From positions 10,579 through 74,578 of the forward strand of contig NW_021832268.1 in assembly GCF_006345805.1 (NCBI RefSeq): a stretch of 64,000 nt of DNA, read 5' to 3'. Both the position numbers and the translations under genes were made by a program. The notes below the pieces were generated by a model, which was not told where the DNA came from, did not search any database, and saw nothing but the letters and a program-made list of their open reading frames with translations. Positions 1 to 11,545 of this stretch are shown in pieces. The number at the start of each line of letters is the position of its first letter. The stretch's first letter is position 1. Source of the DNA: Octopus sinensis. Its lineage: Eukaryota.

Positions 1-596
1 CGAAGATTTACGGTATAAGCAATTACATCCTCGAAATTTCCAATCTAAAAGATAATGCATGATCAATTCAAAACAATTGGAATAAAAAAGCATTACATTT
101 GACAGAATAATCTGAATGCTAGAGGGCTTTAAAGTGTCTTTTCCTTTTCCTCTTTTAAGACGCTTCAGGAGGGCTTCAAGTCAAATTAAGCTGCTATTTC
201 TAGCAGCCCGAACGGTGACCACGTAAAGGTTGGCTCACTCTAGAGAAAAGTCCCTTCAGCAAATCGATGGAATGAAATGCTGTTCCAGTATCGAGTTTCG
301 ATAGTAGAGCTCTACCTGCCACTAACACCCTGGTCTCTTCTAAGATAGGATGAGGTTGTATATTTTATATTCGACCATTTCATTAAGATTCTCACAAAAA
401 CATTTCTCTTTATTGATTTTCTTCCTCTTCGTCTCCCTCTCTTCATTTGCTTTCGTTTAAATCTACATTGTTTTATGATCCAACTTCCATACTAATGACC
501 TTGTTAACCGACACATGTCGCTTCGTGATAAATAAAGACCGTTTCACCATTTCGGGAAACTTTATCTGCAGTAGTTTCTATGAAGGCGCAGAAGAT

Positions 597-726
597 ATTC
601 TTTTCTGCTCTAAGCCACAAGGCCCGAAATTTTGAGGGAAGGGTCCAGTCGATTAGATCGACCCCAGTATGCAACTGGTACTTAATTTATCGACCCCGAA
701 AGGATGAAAGGCAAAGTCGACCTCGG
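597..726 (-). mobile_element. tRNA-derived SINE family B, 3' part
   Basis: Reverse complement of the GTCGACTTTGCCTTTCATCCTTTCGGGGTCGATAAATTAAGTACCAGTT body that recurs >15 times in the window. Confidence 0.8.
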
Positions 727-855
727 TACATCCTTTTTCCTCACATGAAATTATACTTATGTCACATAAATGTAAATTTAATGTTCAAATTTGTAATTAA
801 ATTATAGAGTATTAATTGAAACGGCTGTAAGAATCGAAGATGATCAATTTGTTAC

Positions 856-1076
856 TCTTTACTCTTTTACTCTTTTACTTGTTTCAGTCATTTGACTGCG
901 GCCATGCTGGAGCACCGCCTTTAGTCGAGCAAATCGACCCCGGGACTTATTCTTTGTAAGCCCAGTACTTATTCTATCGGTCTCTTTTGCCGAACCGCTA
1001 AGTGACGGGGACGTAAACACGCCAGCATCGGTTGTCAAGCAATGCTAGGGGGACAAACACAGACACACAAACACAT

Positions 1077-1109
<33 letters not shown>

Positions 1110-1278
1110 CATATATACGACAGGCTTCTTTCAGTTTCCGTCTACCAAATCCACTCACAAGGCTTTTGGTCGGCCCGGGGCTATAGCAGAAGACACTTGC
1201 CCAAGATGCCACGCAGTGGGACTGAACCCGGAACCATGTGGTTGGTTAGGAAGCTACTCACCACACAGCCACTCCTGT
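856..1278 (-). mobile_element. tRNA-derived SINE family A, near full length
   Basis: On - strand: head CAGGAGTGGCTGTGTGG (A-box-like), GGTTCAGTCCC (B-box-like), CTTGGGCAAGTG core, internal TA/TG microsatellite, (AAAAGAGT)n tail; about 10 copies in window. Confidence 0.9.
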
Positions 1279-1620
1279 TAATAATAAACAATTTTTAACT
1301 TCCTTGTCTCCATTTTCTTTTCTTCTTTATAATGGATATAAACTATATGCTTTATATATACCTATTGTTTTAAGGGAATTTTTATTACTCCAGAATACTG
1401 GGTATTGAACCAGTATTTCCCTGAATGCAGCCATCCCTACACGAGGTTATATATATATATCTTTAGTTTGTCCATGTCATCCTGTGATGCACCTGGACAT
1501 ATCATCAGTGACGTCTCGTGGAGTTTTCATCAATCAGACCCCGTTCACCCAGGCTATCCAGCTTGTGTCCAGTTACCCCTGCTTCTGGCAGCACTACTTT
1601 TTCCAACACTCGCACACACA

Positions 1621-1651
<31 letters not shown>

Positions 1652-1657
1652 TACACA

Positions 1658-1726
<69 letters not shown>

Positions 1727-1899
1727 GACGAGCTTCTTTTAGTTTCCATCTACGAATGCAGCTCCTCCACTCCTATTACATGAAACATATGTACATACCT
1801 ATTTTTTGTTACAAAAGATATCAAATAGCCATTTCATTATGCAGTGTGGACCAAAAGTTACGCACCAAAACAGTCGACATTTTGTATCACTTTATTATT

Positions 1900-2245
1900 C
1901 ATGTACACACAACAGATTTGACTGTTGGAAAAGAAAATTTCCTATCATCGGACTACAACAAGTAACCTTAGATGCTCCTAAGTATCCCACGTATCTTAGC
2001 TGTCCCTAATAACACTATTCTCTGCAGCTGGGTTTATGCATATTTCCTCTATCTATCTATCTGTTCAAATCTTTAGGGATTGTTCCCAATGCACCCATAA
2101 CTACTAGGATCCATTTCAATCACACTTTCCATAGTCTCTGTAATTCAATGGTTAGGTCCTGGTACTTTGCTATTTTTTCTATACCTCTCATATTGATTTT
2201 CTTTTGAGATTGTAAAGTCAATTACCTGGCATTTTCTATTCTCCT
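1900..2245 (-). mobile_element. R4/Dong-clade non-LTR retrotransposon 3' end (restriction-like endonuclease C-terminus, degraded)
   Basis: - strand translates ENRKCQVIDFTISKENQYERYRKIAKYQDLTIELQRLWKV*LKWILVVMGALGTIPKDL...QLQRIVLLGTAKI; abuts (ATT)n/(AAT)n at 2246-2356. Confidence 0.75.
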
Positions 2246-2246
2246 A

Positions 2247-2284
<38 letters not shown>

Positions 2285-2290
2285 TATTAT

Positions 2291-2352
<62 letters not shown>

Positions 2353-3924
2353 CAACATGGTTTTGTGCGCCAAGTTATGTCAAGATTGTTTCATCCCTGA
2401 ATCATATCCTCGCAAAGTTAACCAAAATTTACAAAGTCACTTCCAAAATGTTTCGGTTCAATAAATAACCAAATATATATCGATGGGATCCATTCCTATA
2501 TTCCTATACCTGCCCAGAACATAATAGTTCGGGAGTTGGATATTTTCGGTTGCTATCGCAGATTTCGAAAATTTTTAAATTTTGTTCCAATTGGCTTTAA
2601 ATTTGGTTATACCAATTTAGCTTTGTATGTTAATAATGAAAATGAAATTCATTGTTGCCGTAAATAAAAAAAAAAGTTAATTGTTTTTGAACTTTGAAAA
2701 TTTTGGGTAATTTTAGCCAATCAAACGCCAGCGTTATACACATGACCGTAAATCTCACATTGTATCTGGTTCCATAGTAACATGCAGCCTGACAGCCAGC
2801 CTGGTTCCACAGTAAATTGCAGCCTGACACTTTCACCATCGCAACCACTCCCACAAGTTTTGACAAGCGATATCATCTTGTGCTTGTGTTTATTGCCTTT
2901 TGTTACTTTATAACAGACAGCTACCACGCAGAAAAGGCTGGCTTACGGTGGAAACGATTCACCTACTGGCTTCACAGTTGTTAAAATACATTCAAAGTAG
3001 AATCTGTCACCAGTTCTGCAAAGAAAAGATTCTGGAGCATCTCCTCAAAGTTCAAATCCAGAGAAATTCCTTGAATCATAGTTATTCACTATATTTGCAC
3101 AGAAAGTGCAACCTGCCCTTAATGCTTTTTTTTCCTTAGTTAACAACATCTTCCTAACACATTTTTCATGGGGGGAAACTAGGATCTTTCAACGTTCTCG
3201 TCTTGGTCCGTTTCAGCTAAACTCTCTAGTTAGTTCCTGCAGACTTTTCTTTCTTTCCAGAAGTAAGAATTTCACTCGTCTAACATCTGTGTTTGTAGTA
3301 GTTCAAGATCCATTGTTTTTTTTTTTTTTAGTAAACAGAGGAGTTGGAATTTAGTTCTTTCTGTTTCTTTTTTCAGTAGTTCCTAGATTTCAGTACTGCG
3401 TCTGCTTTACGACTTTTAATATCTCTATAAGCATGGACTTCCCTCTCTCTCTAATACAAAAGAAAATAATCGCGAATCAATCAAGCTAACCAAGATGTAA
3501 TTAGAGCTAGTTACACACATAAAATCTAGACATTGAAAACAAAAACCATTTCCGCATTTCCATTCCAAAGAAACCTAAAAGTACATTGGTTGACATTTTC
3601 AATAGATTTTTCCCAATTTTTTCTTATATGTAAAAACAAAAAGGTTAAAACCGTCTTTTCATCTATTTCTATTCAATTTTAATTTCTTCTGTTTTACCTG
3701 AGATGTTGACACTTAACAATAACGGATGAACATCGGAAAATATTTTTTTTCAGATTAGCTCGACGTTTAACTTTGTAAAACATTTTTTTCTTTCCAAACA
3801 AATGCTATAAAAGGATATTTGGAGAAAGTCTTGCAGCATTTGGAACAAATAACCAATATAAAGTAACTTTCGTTTAAACTGTATTCGAGAATACGCCTAC
3901 GTATCGAGTTCTCTAATATATATA

Positions 3925-4198
3925 CAGAGTGTTCAAAAAGTCTCTCCGCAGTAAGTATTTTATTGCAAAATAAATATTTATAACATGCTTTAAGACTACA
4001 AAAGAATATATTAGACTTTACAAGACTTGCAAAAACTTTTATAAGAGGTGTTCAAAGTGTCGTCCTTCATTTTCAATACATAAATTAACTTTTCTACAGA
4101 TGTTTTGAAATACATCTTGGAGAATCTGACTCGGTATGGACCGTGCGAAAGTTATGTTTGAAAAACATTCACTGCGGAGAGACTTTTTGAACACGGTG
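3925..4198 (-). mobile_element. Internally deleted Tc1/mariner element (MITE-like) with both TIRs
   Basis: TIRs CAGAGTGTTCAAAAAGTCTCTCCGCAGT (3925-3952) and ACTGCGGAGAGACTTTTTGAACACGGTG (4171-4198); interior encodes transposase C-terminus IPSQILQDVFQNICRKVNLCIENEGRHFEHLL*; TA on the left flank. Confidence 0.85.
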
Positions 4199-4256
4199 TG
4201 TGTGTGTGTGTGTGCGTGTGTATGTGTGTGTGTGTGTGTGTGTCTATATATATATA

Positions 4257-4585
4257 CAGTCATTTGACTGCGGCCATGCTGGAGGACCGACTTAAAGAGT
4301 CTTCGTCGAACAAATCGACCCCAGGAGTTATTCCATCGGCCTCTTTTGCCGAACCGCTAAGTTCACCAACATCGGTTGTCAAGTGATGGTAGAGGGACAA
4401 ACACAAACACACACACACTCATATATACAAATGGCTTCTTTCAGTTTCCGTCTGCCAAATCTACTCACAAGGCATTTGTCGGTCCGAGGCTATAGTAGAA
4501 GACACTTGCCCAAAGTGCCACGCAGTGGGACAGAACCCAGAACCATATGGTTGGGAAGCAAGCTTCTTACCACACAACCACCCCT
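4257..4585 (-). mobile_element. SINE family A copy
   Basis: Homologous to 856-1278 with internal deletions. Confidence 0.85.
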
Positions 4586-4626
4586 GTATATACATATATA
4601 TATATATGGTGTGTGTGTGTGTGTCT

Positions 4627-4709
<83 letters not shown>

Positions 4710-4732
4710 GTATGTATATATATGTATATATA

Positions 4733-5080
4733 TATGGGTTGGCAAGAAAGTAATTTCGTTTTTCGCAAATAGATAGAGTTACGATTCATTTGAATGACTT
4801 TTGTCAGTGTTATGATTTTTTTATCTTTGACATTTGATAGCCATTACTTTTAGCTTACTTTAAATGCAAGCTGCGCGTAATTTTGTTTACAGCTGTTAGT
4901 TCATTGTCAATTTTAACATGGAGTGCAAAACGAACGTTTTCGCCAAATTTTGCTTTTTTTATTTCCGTAAAGGCAAGAAAGCTGCTGACGCTCACAAAGA
5001 GATACGTAAAATTTAAGGGGTTGATTGCTTAACAGGACGCACATGTCACAAATGGTTTTTAAAATTACGTTCTAGAGATT
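4733..5080 (+). mobile_element. mariner transposon 5' fragment (TIR plus HTH N-terminus, frameshifted)
   Basis: Starts in TA repeat with TGGGTTGGCAAGAAAGTAATT; then MECK...FRQILLFYFRKGKKAADAHKEI...LTGRTCHKWFLKLRSRDF, matching mariner N-terminal FRKGK..A..A..I / T.RTC..WF..FRSGDF motifs. Confidence 0.85.
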
Positions 5081-5086
5081 TCTTCC

Positions 5087-5266
5087 CACGTGACCGATCG
5101 GCCAAGCCTGCTTGCTCTTTCTTTCTTTGTCTGACCATTGTCCGTGCAACATCGATATTGTTTGTGAAATTTCTGTGTCTCAGCCGTAAGGATTCATTTC
5201 CACACGCGCCAGCTTAATTCAATTCGTCCTTAGTCGAAAGACACCTGTTGTTATGTCCTGTTGTTG

Positions 5267-5323
<57 letters not shown>

Positions 5324-5440
5324 ATTGTTGTATTTATATTTGTGTAACATTGTCCGTTTCTTCCGTCCTTGTTCTTGTATACATTCGCTGCTTTCTTCCA
5401 AGGAATCTAATGCTCTTAGCTTAGTTTTTCTTTGGTAATT
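5087..5440 (+). repeat. Interspersed repeat shared with 19583-19960 and (diverged) 18760-19030
   Basis: Direct sequence similarity CACGTGACCGATCG...GTCGAAAGACACCTGTTGTTATGTCC...CATTCGCTGCTTTCTTCCAAGGAATCTAATGC; orientation arbitrary. Confidence 0.8.
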
Positions 5441-5801
5441 ACCAAGGAGACATATATTAATTTCAAGGTTCTCATACTAAAGTATATGCAAATTTCACAT
5501 TTGATATTACTGAAGAGAAGAAGAGTTATTTATGAATGCTTATCAATACAGGATTCCATTATTCTATATTATCTAAGTATATGAACTATATTTGGAATAC
5601 AAGACAATATAACGGATTTTACATATGATTATGGATTATTACAGAAGATTAACCAAGGAAGTATATATGGATTTAAAGACTCATCAAAAGCAGTATTTTA
5701 AAAAATTTTTAATTTATATTTCAAACAAACACCATTTTATAGTATTACTTTAAATTAAAAAAAAACTACCATTCCAAATGTTATACAAAATTCAAATTTT
5801 A

Positions 5802-5893
5802 TATCTCTGAAGAGCAGAAAAGTTGTCTATAAATGCTTACCAATATAGGATTTCATTATAGAGACAGCACTTCTGTGAAACGATCGTAAGATG
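5802..5893 (+). ncRNA. Type I hammerhead ribozyme motif (large stem II)
   Basis: Stem I TATCT/AGATG, core CTGAAGA 5807-5813, stem II GCAGAA/TTCTGT, GAAA 5877-5880, palindromic stem III ACGATCGT, GUA cleavage triplet 5886-5888. Confidence 0.7.
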
Positions 5894-6079
5894 CTTTAGA
5901 TACTTAATTCAAACTTTTAAACTGTCATATACATTATATATTTATACTAATACATATTTACATATATTTTTTTATATATATTTATATTTTTAATACAACA
6001 ATTATTTTACACACATACATATCTTTCTGAGGAATTTTCTAATATTGATTTCCTTATATTAATAATAATATATTATTAA

Positions 6080-6546
6080 AAAGATATATATATTTATTCA
6101 TACATATGTGTGTGTGTGTCTATATATGTATTACGTATGTACATGTGTTGTATGAATGTATATATTTACGTGATATATATATATATATATATATATGCAT
6201 ACTTACATACCTACGAATATACGCCCACACACATATACAGATGGATACGCATATACGTATGTACCTGCTAGTCCGTATATAAACATATACACATACATAT
6301 GTACATACACAATTGAAGCAGAGCATTAACAGGATCAACTTCGGGGGACTCCGTGAATGAGGAAGGGGTAATTCCCCTTCCCAACAAGTAAATTGCATTC
6401 GCACAGGAGAGTATAAGTACATAGAAACTTAAATGGACATGTACGCATATACATACACATAAAGAGAAAGTCATACATATACATATATATACATAACATA
6501 TACACACAAATGAAGGTACATACATGTGTGTGTGTATATAGATATA

Positions 6547-6578
<32 letters not shown>

Positions 6579-6583
6579 ATATA

Positions 6584-6616
<33 letters not shown>

Positions 6617-6735
6617 ATTTACGTGCAGTTTACATAGGAATAAATTACAAAAAAGACCAGTCTGCCTTTCATAATATAATGTACGAATGTTATCCTATTA
6701 CACTGGCAACAGCTGGCACAGTCTGTGCATATATA

Positions 6736-6773
<38 letters not shown>

Positions 6774-7018
6774 TATATGTATGTATTGTTTTCGTATGCA
6801 TGGTATATATATAAATGTATATCCATATATATATGTATACATATATATTATATATATATATATATATACACATACATACATATACATGTATATACATACA
6901 TACATAAATATATATATACATATATGTATATATATATGTATATGTACATATATATATATGGATATATATATGCATATGACTATACATATATATATCTATG
7001 TATATGCATATATATATG

Positions 7019-7074
<56 letters not shown>

Positions 7075-7142
7075 TAAACATATACATACACACACACACA
7101 CACACACATATATAATATATATGTGTATGTGTGTGTGTGTGT
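6080..7142. repeat. Compound (TA)n/(CA)n/(TATG)n microsatellite field with short unique inserts
   Basis: Directly visible; explains the ORFs at 6120-7183. Confidence 0.9.
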
Positions 7143-7189
7143 GTAGGTTGTCTAATCCTTGTGCAGAGTATGACCACCTTTAATACCTA

Positions 7190-7385
7190 CACCTTAGAAC
7201 CATCATGGCGTCTGATGTCTCTTTCTAAACCAGACAATGTTTTGAAAAGACACCCACGTAGATTGTATATTCAATTTGGACCACGAAGAGCTGCAGATAA
7301 GTCCTGATCTTTGTGGATCTTAAGATGTCTTTTATGGCCTCCGTTAGATTTGCAGACTTTATGGTACACATGGCATTGAAAGTTG
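7190..7385 (-). mobile_element. Degraded tandem C2H2 zinc-finger coding remnant, probably a LINE (RTE-like) ORF C-terminus
   Basis: - strand: NFQCHVYHKVCKSNGGHKRHLKIH KDQDLSAALRGPN*IYNLRGCLFKTLSGLERDIRRHDGSKV*; two finger-like units with lost Cys/His and an in-frame stop. Confidence 0.5.
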
Positions 7386-7752
7386 AGCGTACACATACAA
7401 GTAGAATATATATACAATGTACTGTTCCATGATGGTAAATATTATTTTAATAGACACAATATATGTTTTCATGTGCTACTAATAGTTTCTTGTGCTGAGA
7501 ACATGCCAAATAATGAATTATAACATGGGTAACATCCCCGCACATTCATCGGGCACAAAACACATAGTATAACGAATAAAAAATTGAATGAAAGAAATGC
7601 GAAAAGTTGAGAAAGAAGCATATAGGAAACGTCAAAAATATTAATAAAACGGCAAATATAAAAAAAAAGTAACCATAAGTAAGAAAAAAAGTAAATAGTA
7701 GACCTAGTAGCTTTAAAAATCAAGTAATAGATAAACCCTGTAATATAAATCA

Positions 7753-7814
7753 GAATAATAATAATAATACTACTACTACTACTACTACTACTAATAATAA
7801 TAATAATAATAATG

Positions 7815-7860
<46 letters not shown>

Positions 7861-7931
7861 TAATAATAATAATTAATAATAATAATATAATAATAATATA
7901 ATGATAATAATAATAATAATAATAATAATAA
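7753..7931. repeat. (TAA)n microsatellite
   Basis: Directly visible; forms the 5' flank of the Dong-like element. Confidence 0.95.
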
Positions 7932-7932
7932 T

Positions 7933-8821
7933 GGCCTCTGGCTTAAAATCTGAAACAGAGGGGTTTATCATAGCAGCTCAAGATCAATGCCTACCAACAA
8001 GAACTACCAGGCCAACATATTAAAGATCAGAAGCAGTCCAACGTGTGGTATGCAAGCAACAAAATGAAACCATTGACCATGTGTCTCCAAGTGCAGTCTT
8101 CTAGCGCCTACAGAGTATCTCAACAGGCACGATAGAGCTGCACAATATATTCACTGGGTAATCTGTAAAAACCTGGATTTGCCCCATGAAAAAAAACTGG
8201 TGGGAACACAAACCACCCCCAGTGCTTGAAAATGACCACATCTCATCCTCTGGAACTTCACCATTCAAACTGACAGGAAGATAGATGCAAATAGGCCAGA
8301 CATCATATTGAAAGACTTCAAACAAAGAACATGCCTCCTCATTGATATGACGGTCCCAATCGATATAAACGTATCTGTCAGGACCTACCAAAACTGAGCA
8401 AATATAACGATCTTGAAATAGAAATCAGCAAAATGTGGAAGCTGAAGACTAAAACAATACCTGTGTCATAGGGTGCCCTGGGAATGATAGCAAAAGGGGC
8501 TGATAGCTACCTAACTCAGATACCAGGAAACCCAAAAATGGCAGAAGTTCAAAAGATAGTGCTCATGGGAACTGCCTCATATCCTACGCAAAATACTCTC
8601 TATGTAACCTCAAGGTTAAAACAACCATAATTTTCGGTTTAAAAAAAAAAAAAAAACTTTATTTTTTTTTTTTTTAGACATTCATTAGTAAAACATCCCC
8701 ACCCCCCAAATATATGGCACACTAGGCATAAAACAACATGAACTTCCAACCCTGTTGTCTCTTGAGGTCTCTGGGTGAGACCTGGAGCCAACTTGTACAA
8801 ATATAAGCAAAAGTCAAAATA

Positions 8822-8823
<2 letters not shown>
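7933..8823 (+). mobile_element. R4/Dong-clade non-LTR retrotransposon, 5'-truncated (CCHC knuckle + REL endonuclease + 3' UTR), frameshifted
   Basis: SGLKSETEGFIIAAQDQCLPT...C..C.QQNETIDH...C...APTEYLNRHDRAAQYIHW...WNFTIQTDRKIDANRPDII...CLLIDMTVP...KY.DLEIEISKMWKLKTKTIP...GALGMI...VQKIVLMGTA.ILRKILSM* (stop 8605-8607); (TAA)n on both sides. Confidence 0.9.
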
Positions 8824-8876
<53 letters not shown>

Positions 8877-8877
<1 letters not shown>

Positions 8878-9046
8878 GACCTAGAAATAGACAAAGAAAA
8901 TTATTTGGTTCTCCCCTCCCTTTTCCCTTAATGTAACAGCTAATACAGGTAAAATCTTCCTGTCTCTCCTAGACAAACATTTTCCAACAACGCACAAGTA
9001 CAGGAACATATTTAACAGGCGTTCTCTGAAATTATCATATAGTAAG
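8877..9046 (+). mobile_element. Penelope-like element fragment (RT to GIY-YIG linker)
   Basis: [54 protein letters not shown] matches the PLE WFNPP.S.NV.TN.G..FL.LIDKHFP...IFNR...K.SYS motif. Confidence 0.75.
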
Positions 9047-9162
9047 TGGAAACGATGTTATATTTGTACATAAATTCTCCTTCTTAGTTTCTTTCTGCCC
9101 CTACTTCATTTACTATGCATCAAGGTATACATACACTCACCCCCTCACACATGCACACGTAC

Positions 9163-9201
<39 letters not shown>

Positions 9202-9424
9202 ATATATTATATATATATATATAAAAGTTCATGTATGTATTTGTATACGCATATGGACTGACATATATATATAGACACATATGTGTGTGTGGAGGCGCAA
9301 TGGCCCAATTGAGCAAATAGTATCAGTTGGACATTGGGTTCGATGTAATCGACTTTGACCCTCCAAATTTGATCCTCCAAAATTGTTGGCCCTGTGCCAA
9401 AATTTGAGATCAGTATTTCTTCGG

Positions 9425-10100
9425 GTTTTAAGGCAGTGAGCTTGAAGAATCGTTAGTACGCCGGGTGAAATACTTAGCGGCCTTTCATCCTTTCGGGGTT
9501 GATAAAATAAGTACCAGTTGAACACTGGGAGCCGGTTTAATTGACTGATCCCACCCCCAAAATTGCTGGTCTCGTGCCAAAATTTGAAATCAATATTTCT
9601 TCAGGCTTCTTTATATGATTTCCTTATAAATACATTTTCAAATGATTTTTGTATAAACAAGAAAAATTTTTTTCTTAAACTACTTCTATCGCCCCTGGCT
9701 TTAGTATTTGTATTTCATTAACTTTAGATTGTTTCTGTCACAGGAAATGGAGTTAATGTTGTTATTAGTACTGATATAAAACTTCATTAATTAGTTAATG
9801 AGTTAATTTAATTCTAAATTAAATCTTGATTGTTATACAGGGTTTCTGGATGTCTTTTCTTTAAATAAAACAACAGATATTTCGACGTTTTACGTCATAA
9901 TATTAATCCGTTCTTAGCACGCCGGACAAAATGTTTGGCGGCTTTTCGTTCGTCTTTACGTTCTGAGTTGAAATTCCGCTGTGGTTGACTTTGAATTTCA
10001 TCTTTTCGGGATCGATAAAATAAGTACCAATTGCGCACTGGGATCAATGTAATCGATTGGCTTTCTTCCCTGAAATTGCTGGCTTTCTGCCAATATTTAA
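9425..10100 (+). mobile_element. Two diverged SINE family B copies (about 9425-9595 and 9905-10100)
   Basis: AAGGCAGTGAGCT...GAATCGTTAGTACGCCGGG head and TTCTGAGTTGAAATTCCGC B-box-like segment. Confidence 0.7.
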
Positions 10101-10144
10101 AATGAATATAAATTCGTTCCTTTTTCAAAGCGCACACACATGAT

Positions 10145-10320
10145 GGATGTCCACTAGTGGCGGTGGAAGACCATTACTGACCATTGCCGATGCAGAGTGC
10201 CAGCAATGGCAGTGCATAAGGTTATTGCACCCGCGGCTGGTTTCTGCCCAGGTTTCAGTCAGTGGTGCCCTTGTCAACTGGATATCGGAAATTCGTTACG
10301 TCGATGATCGCGCATTCTAA
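10145..10320 (+). mobile_element. Possible LINE reverse-transcriptase remnant
   Basis: + frame reads ...VSVSGALVNWISEIRYVDDRAF*, resembling the RTE-type I.G..IS.LRYADD catalytic motif; short and degraded. Confidence 0.3.
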
Positions 10321-10671
10321 AATTTTACTTCCGATAAGGCTTGTACAGCACCTCACAGACCCCCACAATCTTGCTGAAAGGATCCAGAGACAAGCCAGAA
10401 TGAGATATCTAGTGTTAACATTAATCGCAGGCTCAGAAGCGAAACGTTGGACGAAATGCTATCAAGTGTACATACATAAACCTCATATTCACACACGCGC
10501 ACTAATAGGGTGAGAAACAAAATACAATTTTAAAAAGTCAAACGGAATGAGTTTACAATCAGTTCGACACTCGTAAACTAATTCTTATAACGTTTTGGAT
10601 AAGGTCGTTCCTCAGAATATCGTGTTGAGTGAAAAGTGAGGATGAATTATATATGTATAAGTGTGTTAAAA

Positions 10672-11180
10672 ACTTTCGGTATGCAAATTAGGGACTCCTT
10701 CATAAAATAACTGCTGCGTTTTTTCAGCCTATAAAACAGTTTGGCTTCTTGTTTCTCTGAAGATTGTCTCTGATGAGAACCCAATATGTTTCGAAAATCC
10801 ATTAAGTTTGTTCACCATGTTTTTCAGTCTGTGAAGAAATGGCTAAAATTTGCCCTGTTTATAATTATACCATATGTTACATTTTCATTATATCATACCT
10901 TGATACTATGTGGACTAAGATCCCCGTTGACAGGATGCTGGTATTTATAGAGTGGTAGCCACTTTCGGTATGCAAATTAGGGACCCCTTCATAGAGTAAC
11001 TGCTGCATTTGTTCAGTTTATGAAATAGTTTAGCTGCTCTTTTCTCTGGAGATTGTCAAAGTGATGTGGCCGCCTCCAATGAGAATCCAGTAAGGTTCGA
11101 AAATCAATTAAGATTGTTCATTATTTTTGTTCAGTCTGCGGAGAAATGGCTACAATTTGCCCTGTTTATAATTATACCAT
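10672..11180 (+). repeat. Diverged tandem direct repeat (two copies of about 200-220 bp, period about 290 bp), each with a hammerhead-like motif; Penelope pLTR/retrozyme-like
   Basis: Copies 10672-10873 and 10961-11180; cores CTGATGA (10770) and CCAATGA (11076), stem II, GAAA, AA-TC[C/A]A-TT stem III, UUA triplet. Confidence 0.7.
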
Positions 11181-11454
11181 TTATTACGTATATATATATA
11201 TATAAGGGTGATACGGTTCATATATAATTCTCTATTATTTTTTAATAGCAATAGTATTGACAGTGACTTCAAAACTCCGACGTCACTGTCACTGTCAATT
11301 CTATTCTTGTAAAAGAATAATAAATATGTACTCTGCATAAAATATTGTGCAATTAGACAGTTTAATGTAAAATTATTTTTATTATAACTCAACATACAAA
11401 CAAACATTCAGCTATGCGTAGCTGAAAGATCACAGATCCTTTTTAGGTCTAGGA

Positions 11455-11545
11455 ATTCCATCGCACTACTGAAATTATCAGCAGATGTAAACATATGGAT
11501 AAACTCCTGTTGGCGAATTGGAAAATACCATCCTCTCCAAACTGA
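11455..11545 (+). mobile_element. Penelope-like ORF extreme C-terminus
   Basis: TTEIISRCKHMDKLLLANWKIPSSPN* resembles the PLE terminal SE.IS.CRH..K.LL motif. Confidence 0.5.

Noticed and set aside
2700-3460. Coding-like composition suggesting an exon or transposase
   Set aside because: Stops in all frames examined and no recognisable motif; probably a decayed TE but not classifiable
6345-6400. GAATGAG-GAAGGGG taatt CCCCTTC hairpin resembling a decayed hammerhead
   Set aside because: Core and GAAA are both disrupted; cannot be supported without a consensus
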